The translations under genes were made by a program, and so were the position numbers. From Candidatus Latescibacterota bacterium (GTDB lineage: Bacteria > Latescibacterota > UBA2968), in NCBI GenBank assembly GCA_965204745.1, contig OZ242010.1, positions 256,001 through 320,000 on the forward strand: a stretch of DNA of 64,000 nt, given 5' to 3'. Positions 11,517 to 20,231 of the stretch are shown in pieces. Below the pieces are notes generated by a model that did not search any database, had not been told where the DNA came from, and saw nothing but the letters and a program-made list of their open reading frames with translations. Each line of letters opens with the position of its first letter. The stretch's first letter is position 1.

Positions 11517-11981
11517 TCATTCCTTTCCGCTCGCTATCTTCCAAATTAGACGTGCGTTTTCCCGGATGAGCGCGCGTTGTTCCGGCCAAAAAAACTCGGG
11601 CACTGGATCCAGCGGCGCCCAGGCCATGCTCACATGGTGTTTTGCGTCTGTTGGCACGGCTTCGATCTGATCCGTGACGTAGAGAAAATAATGCGTCACC
11701 TTCCACTCTTTCTTCTCAAAATCCAGCCGCTCTTTGACCCCGAGTTTTCCCACGAGTCGCAATTTCGACACGCCCACTTCTTCTTCGACCTCGCGTCTGG
11801 CAGCGCGCTCGAAGTCCTCGCCCGCCTCGACATGGCCTTTGGGCAACACGTAATCGTCAAACCCGCGCTCGCGTGCCAAGGCCAACCATACCCGTTCCCC
11901 ATCCCACCGCACGACCACACCGCCTGCGGCGTGGGTTTCGGGCAGTCCTTTGGGGCGGATGTACCAGGTGTTGTCTATCAT
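11517..11981 (-). CDS. NUDIX hydrolase
   Basis: Nudix box GHVEAGEDFERAARREVEEEVG. Confidence 0.9.
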   Translation of the reverse strand: MIDNTWYIRPKGLPETHAAGGVVVRWDGERVWLALARERGFDDYVLPKGHVEAGEDFERAARREVEEEVGVSKLRLVGKLGVKERLDFEKKEWKVTHYFLYVTDQIEAVPTDAKHHVSMAWAPLDPVPEFFWPEQRALIRENARLIWKIASGKE

Positions 11982-12045
11982 GGGTCAGTTGTCAGTTGTC
12001 GGTTGTCGGTTGTCAGTCCACCCCGCCCATGCCCCAAATGGCCCT

Positions 12046-12927
12046 TTATTTCCAATACTTCCCGTACAAAACATTCAGCCGTTCTTTTGCCGCTTGGGAA
12101 ATCGCGTCTGGCGCAGTGATGATTGCGAATTGCGCGGCATTGTGGCAAGCGCAAGCCGAGGTTTTGGGCAGGCGCTCGGTCAAGGCGCGGACGATGTGAT
12201 TGGCGCGGGCCGCATTGGCTTGGAGCACCGCGACCACGCTTTCTACGGATACGTCCTCCTCTGCCTCGTGCCAGCAATCGTAATCCGTGCCCATGGCCAA
12301 GAGCGCGTAACACATCTCGGCTTCTCGGGCGAGTTTGGCTTCGGGCAATGCCGTCATGCCGATCACGGTCGCATCGACTTCTCGACGGTAAAAATGGGAT
12401 TCGGCGCGCGTGGAAAACTGCGGGCCTTCCATGCAAACGTACGTTCCCCCTGCGTGCGTTGTGACGCCGACATCTTTGGTAGCGGCCAGCAAGACATGGC
12501 GCAGGTCATCGCAAAAGGGATCGGCAAAAGCCACATGTGCGGCGATGCCGTCGCCGAAAAACGTGCTCGGCCGGGCGCCGCGCGTGCGGTCGAAAATTTG
12601 GTCGGGCAACACCATATCCCCCGGTTGAATCGCCTCGCGCATGATGCCCACCGCGCTGATCGCCAACAGGTGGGTTATGCCCAGTTGCTTCATCGCATGC
12701 ACATTGGCGCGATAGGGCACTTCCGAGGGCAACAGCACATGCCCGCGCCCGTGCCGAGGCAAGAAGTACACGGGGCGATCCGCGATGCGCGTTTCCACAA
12801 TCGCGTCCGAGGGGTCGCCAAACGGCGTGTCCAAGCGGTGTTCCGCCACGAGTTCCACGCCGTCCATGCGATAAACGCCCGACCCACCAATCACGCCCAA
12901 CCGCACGATTTGTTCACCCATCTTCAT
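12046..12927 (-). CDS. mtnP: S-methyl-5'-thioadenosine phosphorylase
   Basis: GVIGGSG, RHGRGH, EGPQFSTRAES, IGMT, TDYDCW. Confidence 0.93.
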   Translation of the reverse strand: MKMGEQIVRLGVIGGSGVYRMDGVELVAEHRLDTPFGDPSDAIVETRIADRPVYFLPRHGRGHVLLPSEVPYRANVHAMKQLGITHLLAISAVGIMREAIQPGDMVLPDQIFDRTRGARPSTFFGDGIAAHVAFADPFCDDLRHVLLAATKDVGVTTHAGGTYVCMEGPQFSTRAESHFYRREVDATVIGMTALPEAKLAREAEMCYALLAMGTDYDCWHEAEEDVSVESVVAVLQANAARANHIVRALTERLPKTSACACHNAAQFAIITAPDAISQAAKERLNVLYGKYWK

Positions 12928-13126
12928 CGGCCTTGAGAAGTCGTTTTCAATTTTTGAACCGTTCCTTCAAATCGAAAAAAATCGGCAATTATCGTATCGC
13001 ATCATGCGAAAGCAAACGACACTTGCACGCCGGTTGAATAGACGCTTCACTTCGACTATCCATTTCCCGATTTCATATACAGCGATCTGTTTCAAGCCCC
13101 GGTTACGCGCTCCGCTCGTTGTTAGG

Positions 13127-13657
13127 CTACGCCTGTGGGGGGGCGGGATCTCGTTCGCCTCGTTCTTCGCCTTCGGTTTCCGGAATGTCTTCTTGCACCA
13201 CATCGACGGTCGTGGCTTTGAACTGCGTCAGGAAATCCGCCTGAACCTGCACCAAAGATTGGAGTTTGGACGCGAACATGTCGCGCTGATTTTCCAGGGC
13301 CACGACCTCTGCCCGAATCGCATGCACATGCGTGCGCGCTTTTTCAATGGCCCGGTTGCCGCGGATCTCGGCTTCTTTCACGATCAACCGCGCTTCTTTG
13401 TGCCCGTTTTCTTTGACTTCTTCGGCGGTTTGTTGGGCCGTCCTGAGCATTTCCTGAAGGGTATTCTCCATCGCCCGATACCGGTCCACCTCTGATTGCA
13501 GGGTTTTTATGCGTTCTTTTTGTTGGATATTCTCGAGGTTGAGTTGCTCAAATTCTTCGGTGAGCATGTCGAGAAAGGTCTGCACCTCTTCCCGATCATA
13601 CCCGCGCAGCGACTTCTTGAAAACCTTTGTGCGAATGTCCAGCGGTGAGATGTTCAC
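13127..13657 (-). CDS. divIVA: DivIVA domain protein
   Basis: SPLDIRTKVFKKSLRGYDREEV plus coiled coil; yggS-yggT-divIVA synteny. Confidence 0.9.
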   Translation of the reverse strand: MNISPLDIRTKVFKKSLRGYDREEVQTFLDMLTEEFEQLNLENIQQKERIKTLQSEVDRYRAMENTLQEMLRTAQQTAEEVKENGHKEARLIVKEAEIRGNRAIEKARTHVHAIRAEVVALENQRDMFASKLQSLVQVQADFLTQFKATTVDVVQEDIPETEGEERGERDPAPPQA

Positions 13658-13672
13658 GAGTTTCCTCCGAAG

Positions 13673-14266
13673 CTATGGGTACAACCCGAATACGCTTTGA
13701 ATCGCGCTTCGTACAAATTGCAGGAGCAAGATGAGCAAGATGGGCGACAAGTCGAACATGCCCAAGGGCGGGACGAGTTGCCGAAAAGGGCCCATCACCG
13801 GCTCGGTCAAGTTGTACAGCGTCCACATAAACCTGCCCCCGCGCACAAAGGGCAACCACGAAAACACGATGCGCGCAATGATTAAGACCAACAAAACCGC
13901 AACGGCCCCATAGAGCGACCATCCGATGATCTGCAACAAGTTGCCAGCCGCGACCCCGGTCAACAAGCCCACGAGCGCGGTCAACACGTCATTTGTCACC
14001 CACTTGAAAAAAAACGCCCCGATCAATGTCGCAATCAGCAAAATCAGCGGTGCTGCCGCGGCATTGTCGGGGAGGTGTTGGGCGATGGGCCACACGAGCG
14101 GGTCCGTTGCGCGGCGCACGTAATACGCGACCCATCCAAAGGGGTTGACGCGCAACAACACGGCGCGCAACAACAGCAATACCACTGTGCCGATCACCAA
14201 TGCAATGAGCAGCCAGTCAATGGCCTGCTGGATGAAAACGACCGCCTGAACGACCACATCGACCAT
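13673..14266 (-). CDS. yggT: YggT family membrane protein
   Basis: Two YGGT repeats (ATDPLVWP; LTEPVMGPFRQLVPPLGMFDLSP). Confidence 0.9.
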   Translation of the reverse strand: MVDVVVQAVVFIQQAIDWLLIALVIGTVVLLLLRAVLLRVNPFGWVAYYVRRATDPLVWPIAQHLPDNAAAAPLILLIATLIGAFFFKWVTNDVLTALVGLLTGVAAGNLLQIIGWSLYGAVAVLLVLIIARIVFSWLPFVRGGRFMWTLYNLTEPVMGPFRQLVPPLGMFDLSPILLILLLQFVRSAIQSVFGLYP

Positions 14267-14269
14267 AAC

Positions 14270-14947
14270 CTATCCCACCCGCTGACCAAAAATTGCCGCG
14301 CCCACGCGCACCATTGTCGCGCCTTCTTCTATCGCCACTTCAAAATCGCCGGTCATGCCCATCGACAACGCCGATACATGGGGCAGGTGACGGGCGATGC
14401 GATCCCCGATTTCGCGCAACGCGACAAAATTGGATCGCACGGCTTTGGGATCGGGCGTGCCAATCGTCATCAGCCCTGCCACGTCGATGCCCGCCAATTC
14501 ATCGACTCGCCCGACCAAGTCTATCGCCTCGCAGGGCGACGCGCCGAATTTGGACGCCTCGCCCGAGGTGTTGACCTGCACCAACACGCGCACCGCGGTA
14601 TTTTGCCGCACGGCTTGTCGGCTGAGCTCATTTGCCAAGCGCAGGGTATCGACCGAGTGGATCAGGTCGAATAAGGGCAGGGCAATTTTGACTTTGTTGC
14701 GCTGCAAGTGCCCGACCAAGTGCCATGACACGGGGCCTGTCACTGCGTTGACCTTGTGCTGTGCCTCTTGCACGCGGCTCTCGCCCAAAACCCATGCCCC
14801 TGCATCTACGGCGTGCTGCACCACATCCGCGGGCCAGGTTTTCGTGACCGCGATCAATGTCACCGCATCTGCTACCCGCCCAGACCGCTGTGCTGCTTTG
14901 GCGATGCGGTCTTGCACGCGCTTGAGGTTTTCAGAGATGGCCCGCAT
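14270..14947 (-). CDS. yggS: YggS/PROSC pyridoxal phosphate homeostasis protein
   Basis: LIAVTK, WHLVGHLQRNK, LSMGMTGDF, VRVGAAIFG. Confidence 0.93.
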   Translation of the reverse strand: MRAISENLKRVQDRIAKAAQRSGRVADAVTLIAVTKTWPADVVQHAVDAGAWVLGESRVQEAQHKVNAVTGPVSWHLVGHLQRNKVKIALPLFDLIHSVDTLRLANELSRQAVRQNTAVRVLVQVNTSGEASKFGASPCEAIDLVGRVDELAGIDVAGLMTIGTPDPKAVRSNFVALREIGDRIARHLPHVSALSMGMTGDFEVAIEEGATMVRVGAAIFGQRVG

Positions 14948-15178
14948 GCATTTCAGCCTCGAGAATGGTAAAAAATAGCGTTTGTAATTTAGGCAAAAAT
15001 CAATGGCAGGGCAACAAAAACGGCATTGCACACGAGACAACCCGCACGCAACGCCGCCTTCACGAGGTATCAAAAAATCATTGACCCAATATGGTCATAT
15101 CCGCATGGTAAGGGACAAGAGGCGCAGTTGTCAGTTGTCAGCCGCTTTTATCTTTCTGATTTATCACTGGAGTTCCAA

Positions 15179-16009
15179 ATGCCAACACCTAATTCCCCCC
15201 AACGCCCTGAAATTTTGCCCAACGTGAAACACATCGTCGCGGTTGCCAGTGGCAAGGGCGGCGTGGGAAAGACGACGGTGAGCGTCAACCTCGCGGTCTC
15301 GCTCGCCAAACAAGGCGCGGCCGTGGGCCTGCTCGACGCGGATATCTACGGCCCCAACGTGCCCTTGATGATGGGCGCGATGGCGCAGCCCAAATCGCGG
15401 GGACAAAAAATTCTGCCCATTGAAAACCACCAGGTCAAATTCATGTCCCTCGGCCTGATTGCGGGCGAAAATGCCCCTATTATATGGCGCGGGCCTATCG
15501 TGGGCAGAATGATTCAGCAATTCATGATCGACGTGGTATGGGCCGCGCTCGACTATCTCATCGTGGATTTGCCCCCCGGCACGGGCGACGCGCCCCTCAC
15601 CCTCGTCCAAACCGTGCCCGTTGGCGGCGCGGTCATTGTCACCACGCCACAGAGTGTCGCGTTGGAAGATGTCTATCGCAGCATCGCGATGTTTCGCAAA
15701 GTGGAGGTGCCCGTTCTCGGCGTCGTGGAAAACATGAGTTATTTCCAATGCCCGTGTTGCGGGGACCTTGCGCCCCTGTTCGGCGAAGGCGGGGGGCAAC
15801 ACATCGCCGAGGCGTTTGGCCTGCCCCTGCTCGGTCAAATTCCCATTCAGCCCGATATTTGCGAACGCGGCGACGCGGGCCTGCCCATCGCCCTCGATGA
15901 CAACCCCAACGCGCACCCCATCAGCACCAGCTTTGCCGAGATCGCCACGCGCGTTGCCGAGGCATTGGGAGAACGCAAAAGCAATTTGCCGGAAATTACG
16001 ATTGTTTGA
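15179..16009 (+). CDS. mrp: Mrp/NBP35 (ApbC) Fe-S cluster carrier ATPase
   Basis: ASGKGGVGKT, DADIYGP, WRGP, DLPPGTGD, ENMS..CPCC. Confidence 0.93.
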   Translation: MPTPNSPQRPEILPNVKHIVAVASGKGGVGKTTVSVNLAVSLAKQGAAVGLLDADIYGPNVPLMMGAMAQPKSRGQKILPIENHQVKFMSLGLIAGENAPIIWRGPIVGRMIQQFMIDVVWAALDYLIVDLPPGTGDAPLTLVQTVPVGGAVIVTTPQSVALEDVYRSIAMFRKVEVPVLGVVENMSYFQCPCCGDLAPLFGEGGGQHIAEAFGLPLLGQIPIQPDICERGDAGLPIALDDNPNAHPISTSFAEIATRVAEALGERKSNLPEITIV

Positions 16010-16403
16010 AGAGCGCGGTCTGTGACCTGTGACCCCGCCCAACTCCCTTCGGTAAGACGTAAGACGGGAGAGGGGAGGCAACCCCGCCACAGCCTACCCC
16101 TTCGGCAAGAGGGGAGACGTAAGACGTAAGATGTAGGGGCGATGCCCCGTGCTCGCCCGAAGATACAAGAGGGGAGAAGACAACTGCGCTATTCCGATCA
16201 AGGGATCAAGTAGGGTCAGCCTCCATCTCCAAGCCCCGTAGGGATGGCTCTTGTGCCTGTCCTCGTACCCAGCGATGAGGGCGACCACCCAGCGGTCGAT
16301 AGCCAATCTTTGGGGCAGGGCTTGCAGAACGGGCAAAAATGCGTTACATTCAAAGGCAAGCGTCCAATGCCTGTCGTAACTTTAAACCAAAAGGAGAAGC
16401 ACG

Positions 16404-17078
16404 ATGATTGCGAATCTCGCTAGGGAAAAAGACAACTTTCGCATGGCGGTGTTCTGCGAGCCATCCGTGGGTGTGGTGAACGACAAGGGCGAGACGGGCC
16501 TGCACATTACAGCGCGTCTGAACCTGCCCGCACTGACCGAAGACCTGTTGGCGCAGGGGGCCAATGTCAACGTGCAGGCCCAATGGGGCATCACACCGTT
16601 GCACGTTGCGGCGGGGTACAACGCGCTTGAAACGACACAGGTCTTGCTGAACTACGGGGCAGATGTCCGTGCCAACGCGGAATTTCAGGGAACGCCGCTA
16701 CATGTTGCGGGAAAAAAAAATGCTTGTGAGATAGTTGCGTTGTTGTTGAAACGCGGTGTCCCTGTCCATGCGACAGCCAACGATGGCAAGACGCCGCTAC
16801 ACTATGCGGCGTGGCACAACGCGCTTAAGACAGCAAAATTGTTGTTAAATCAAGGTGCCGATGTCAACGTGAAAGACATAGCTGGCATGACGCCCCTGCA
16901 CTATGCGGCGGCGGTCAATGCTCATGAGATGGAAGCGTTATTGCTTCAAAAGGGGGCTGATGTCAACGCGGATGACAAGTTTGGAAATACACCCCTGCAT
17001 TTTGAGAGTCTGTTGGGGTCTGCCACGATCAAAATGACCACAGATGAAATCATGGCATTGACTCGGGGGGAAAAATGA
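16404..17078 (+). CDS. Ankyrin-repeat protein with a VapB/AbrB-antitoxin-like C-terminal tail
   Basis: Five to six G.TPLH repeats; last repeat cut after TPLH and continued by ESLLGSATIKMTTDEIMALTRGEK. Confidence 0.8.
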   Translation: MIANLAREKDNFRMAVFCEPSVGVVNDKGETGLHITARLNLPALTEDLLAQGANVNVQAQWGITPLHVAAGYNALETTQVLLNYGADVRANAEFQGTPLHVAGKKNACEIVALLLKRGVPVHATANDGKTPLHYAAWHNALKTAKLLLNQGADVNVKDIAGMTPLHYAAAVNAHEMEALLLQKGADVNADDKFGNTPLHFESLLGSATIKMTTDEIMALTRGEK

Positions 17079-17488
17079 ATGGTCTGCTGGTCGATTCCAA
17101 TGTCATTTTAGATGTCGCTAAAAACGATCCCGATTGGGCGACTTGGTCTTTACGAATGCTTGAACGATACCACGCGACTCACGAGTTGATCATCAATCCG
17201 ATCATTTATGCAGAAGTGTCAATCGGGTATGAAAATATTGAAGAAGTAGAGCGCGTGCTCAAAGAAGGTGGCTTTCACATGCGCCAAATTCCAAAGGAAG
17301 CCCTTTTTTTCGCTGGCAAGATTTTTTTGGCGTATCGCAAGCGCGGTGGAATAAAATGTTCGCCATTACCCGATTTCTTTATCGGCGCGCACGCCGCCGT
17401 TGAAAAATTATCTCTGTTGACGCGAGATGCAAGCTACAAAACAAATTTCCCGACAGTGAATCTCATTTCACCTAAAGAGTCATGCTGA
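17075..17488 (+). CDS. vapC: PIN-domain toxin (VapC family)
   Basis: LVDSNVILD, IYAEVS, PLPDFFIGAHA, LLTRD; ATGA overlap with upstream gene. Confidence 0.9.
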   Translation: MNGLLVDSNVILDVAKNDPDWATWSLRMLERYHATHELIINPIIYAEVSIGYENIEEVERVLKEGGFHMRQIPKEALFFAGKIFLAYRKRGGIKCSPLPDFFIGAHAAVEKLSLLTRDASYKTNFPTVNLISPKESC

Positions 17489-17549
17489 AGTCATTTGCTT
17501 TGGAGGCATAGAAATGGCAGACTTAATAACTGTGTCGGTTGATATGTTT

Positions 17550-17628
17550 AGCATCATCAAAAGGGCGGCCGAACAATCTCCGTACGGGGTTTAGAAGCCC
17601 CGACCTTTCAAGGCGGGGAGTGTATCAC
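17550..17628 (+). mobile_element. IS200/IS605-family right-end remnant
   Basis: GAAGCCCCGACCTTTCAAGGCGGGGAGTGTATCAC: subterminal hairpin ending in TCAC; no tnpA/tnpB present. Confidence 0.55.
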
Positions 17629-17773
17629 AGCCGAAATACGGCGCGTTATTGATTATCCGCATATAGTTGATTCATTAAAAAATGTCGAAATTTGAAAAGG
17701 CTTCGCGGCAGTTGATAGACACATTCAAAACAGGCAAGGTCACCGGTTATCAGTGTCAAAGGGCGAGATACAA

Positions 17774-18100
17774 ATGAGCGAAATCACATTGCATATTCCG
17801 GACGCGCTGACGGGGTTGCCCAAACGGGAACAGGCCATTCTCATGGGCCGTGCGCTGAGAAGTGCTGTTGAGGAGCGCGTGATTCAGGTCGAGGAGGAAA
17901 TCAGGGAGGGGCAGGCTTATTTGGAACAGTACAAAAAGAAGTACGGCCTTTCGTTTGTAGCTTACGAAAAAAAAATCAATGACTTGGAATTTGTAGGAGT
18001 CGATTATCAAGAGGATTACAACGACTGGTATTTCTGGACTGAGTGCGTGCAACGCGCCCAAGGTGTTTTAATAAATTTACGCCAATTTTTGTCGCCGTAA
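17774..18100 (+). CDS. Hypothetical protein, antitoxin-like
   Basis: 108 aa ORF, YKKKYGLSF...EDYNDW pattern seen in small TA-associated proteins. Confidence 0.55.
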   Translation: MSEITLHIPDALTGLPKREQAILMGRALRSAVEERVIQVEEEIREGQAYLEQYKKKYGLSFVAYEKKINDLEFVGVDYQEDYNDWYFWTECVQRAQGVLINLRQFLSP

Positions 18101-18186
18101 TGAATCTCAATATCCCAAATCAATATCGAGGAGAGGATGGGGCGGAAGATGGGGCATCGTGAACCAGCAACTCGAGGAGACACGCC

Positions 18187-19359
18187 ATGAGCGCGACTTA
18201 TGACATGCTCGTCGCACGGGCAACGGCTATTACTACCGGGCTTTCTCCGGAACGCGCACAGGAGAAACTCCACGCCAATGGCACGTTGCTCATTGACGTG
18301 CGCGAGCGCGAACACTACATCGAAGGGTATATCCCCGGCGCGGAAAACGTGCCGCGTGGGTTTCTCGAACTTCGCATCGAAGGCATGGACAACGACCGTG
18401 ACCGCACGATTGTCGTCTATGGCGACAAGGGCCAAGGCGCGTTGGCCGCACAGGCATTGCAAGGCATGGGCTATGCCAATGTCGCGTACATCCAAGGCGA
18501 CATCGAGGCGTGGCAAAACGCCGGTTTGCACCTCCACCGCGACCGCGCGCTCAACAAGGCCGAAGTGCAACGGTTCTCCCGCCATCTGCTCATTCCCGAA
18601 GTGGGGGAACGCGGGCAGGGCAAATTGCTCGACGCGCGCGTGTTGCTCATCGGCGCGGGCGGATTGGGCAGCCCGACGGGCCTGTATCTGGCCGCGACGG
18701 GCATTGGGACGCTCGGCATTGTCGATGCCGACGTGGTCGACGTTACCAACTTGCAACGCCAGATCTTGCACGGCACGTCTGACCTGGGCCGCCTCAAAGC
18801 CATCTCGGCGTACGAGACCCTCAAAGAGATCAACCCCGGTTGCCAAGTGGTGCCGCACACGGACTACCTCACGTCCGACAACGTCATGGACATTCTTCCG
18901 GAATACGACATTATCGTCAATGGATGCGACAACTTCCCAACGCGGTATCTGGTCAACGACGCGTGCGTGTTCCTGAAAAAGCCCATCGTGGATGGCAGCA
19001 TTTTCCGATTCGAGGGCCAAGTCACGGTCTATACGTGCGACAGCGAGGGGCCGTGCTACCGATGCCTGTACCCCGCGCCGCCGCCGGCAGATTTGGCGCC
19101 GTCGTGAGACGAAGCAGGCGTGTTGGGCGTTTTGCCCGGCACGGTTGGCCTCGTGCAGGCCACTGAAGTCGTCAAACTCATTCTCGGTCAGGGCAACCCG
19201 CTCATCGGTCGCTTGCTGATGTACGATGCCCTGCAAATGAACTTCAACACGTTCAAAATCCGCCGCGACCCGACCTGCCCAGTCTGCGGAGACAATCCCA
19301 CGATCACGGAATTGATAGATTATCAAGCCTTCTGCTCGATGGATCACGGTGAGAAATGA
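18187..19359 (+). CDS. moeB: Rhodanese-MoeB/ThiF adenylyltransferase, probable selenoprotein (Sec at TGA 19105-19107, residue 307)
   Basis: GAGGLG, NLQRQ, CYRCL..APS-TGA-DEAGVLG..CPVC; ORFs 18187 and 19120 are in the same frame; TGA replaces the conserved Cys. Confidence 0.85.
19120..19142 (+). promoter_or_regulatory. Candidate bacterial SECIS element
   Basis: GTGTTGGGC-GTTTT-GCCCGGCAC 9-bp stem; apical loop starts with G, 21 nt after UGA. Confidence 0.65.
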
Positions 19360-19662
19360 AAAAAGTAGTCAGTTGTCAGTTGTCAATGCGAATTGAGAGT
19401 AGAAAGCGAGTAAGAAGCAAGCCGCAACCCATCATCCAAAGACATGAACGAGGTTCTGTTGACATTTTGTTTTTGAGCGATGAGCGTGACCTCAAAATAG
19501 AGAAAGCCTCGATTCTCACCTCGCCACCCTGCCGCCCGTGCGTTCCTCGCCGCTCTACCCAACCGCCCGTGCGGCCTCACCGCGCCACCCAACCGTGTCT
19601 GAATCGCGGATTAAACGGATTAGAGGATTGCGCGGATTACCCCACACCGCCCTACCGCCATA

Positions 19663-19871
19663 GCCCTATCCCCCCGGCCCCCGTTATTCGCTTCGCTCAT
19701 TGTAGGCTACGCCTGTGCCTACAAGGAAAGGGGGAGCACATGGCTTTCTTAAAGGTTTGCATCCAGGGCTGTTTTTGATGGCTTTGCGCGAATGGATCAC
19801 GCCATGAAAATCCAAAAAACCTATCGCACAATCCCTCGCAAAACCGCTCACAGTTCCCCCTTCCTCGCAGG
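19663..19871 (+). repeat. ~200-bp palindromic MITE-like repeat, copy A (3' truncated)
   Basis: Similar to copies at 24716, 34049, 34255 and 39007. Confidence 0.85.
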
Positions 19872-20196
19872 GACAGGACCCTGTGCCTGTCCTTCTCGCT
19901 TGACTGACCACCGATCCCATCGTCATTTTACCACTTGACAAATAATAGCGTAATTTTTAATTTCTTATCCATTCGCTATTTCGATTTTGAGCGCGGAGAA
20001 AAAGCCGCGTCTAATTTGTGCGACAACTTTTGCAAAGGAGGCTCCAGATGATTACCACCATTTTCAGCCGCTGTTTGAACCTCATTTGGCACTATGTTCA
20101 CTCCGCGAAAAGTGGCGTTCATATCGCCCATTCTCGTCTTGGCGTGTGGTTCTATTTCATTGCAAATCAGTCTGTTAGGATGATCAGTACAGTGTA

Positions 20197-20214
20197 CCCC
20201 CCCCCCCCCCCCCC
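20197..20214 (+). repeat. Poly-C tract (C18) just upstream of an RBS
   Basis: 18 consecutive C, then GGAGGAG and ATG at 20232. Confidence 0.9.
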
Positions 20215-20231
20215 TCGGGAGGAGCGACAAA

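Noticed and set aside
19105-19107. Genome-wide UGA reassignment (code 4/25)
   Set aside because: Many genes here end properly at TGA (e.g. 16009, 17488, 30388), and the position aligns with Cys
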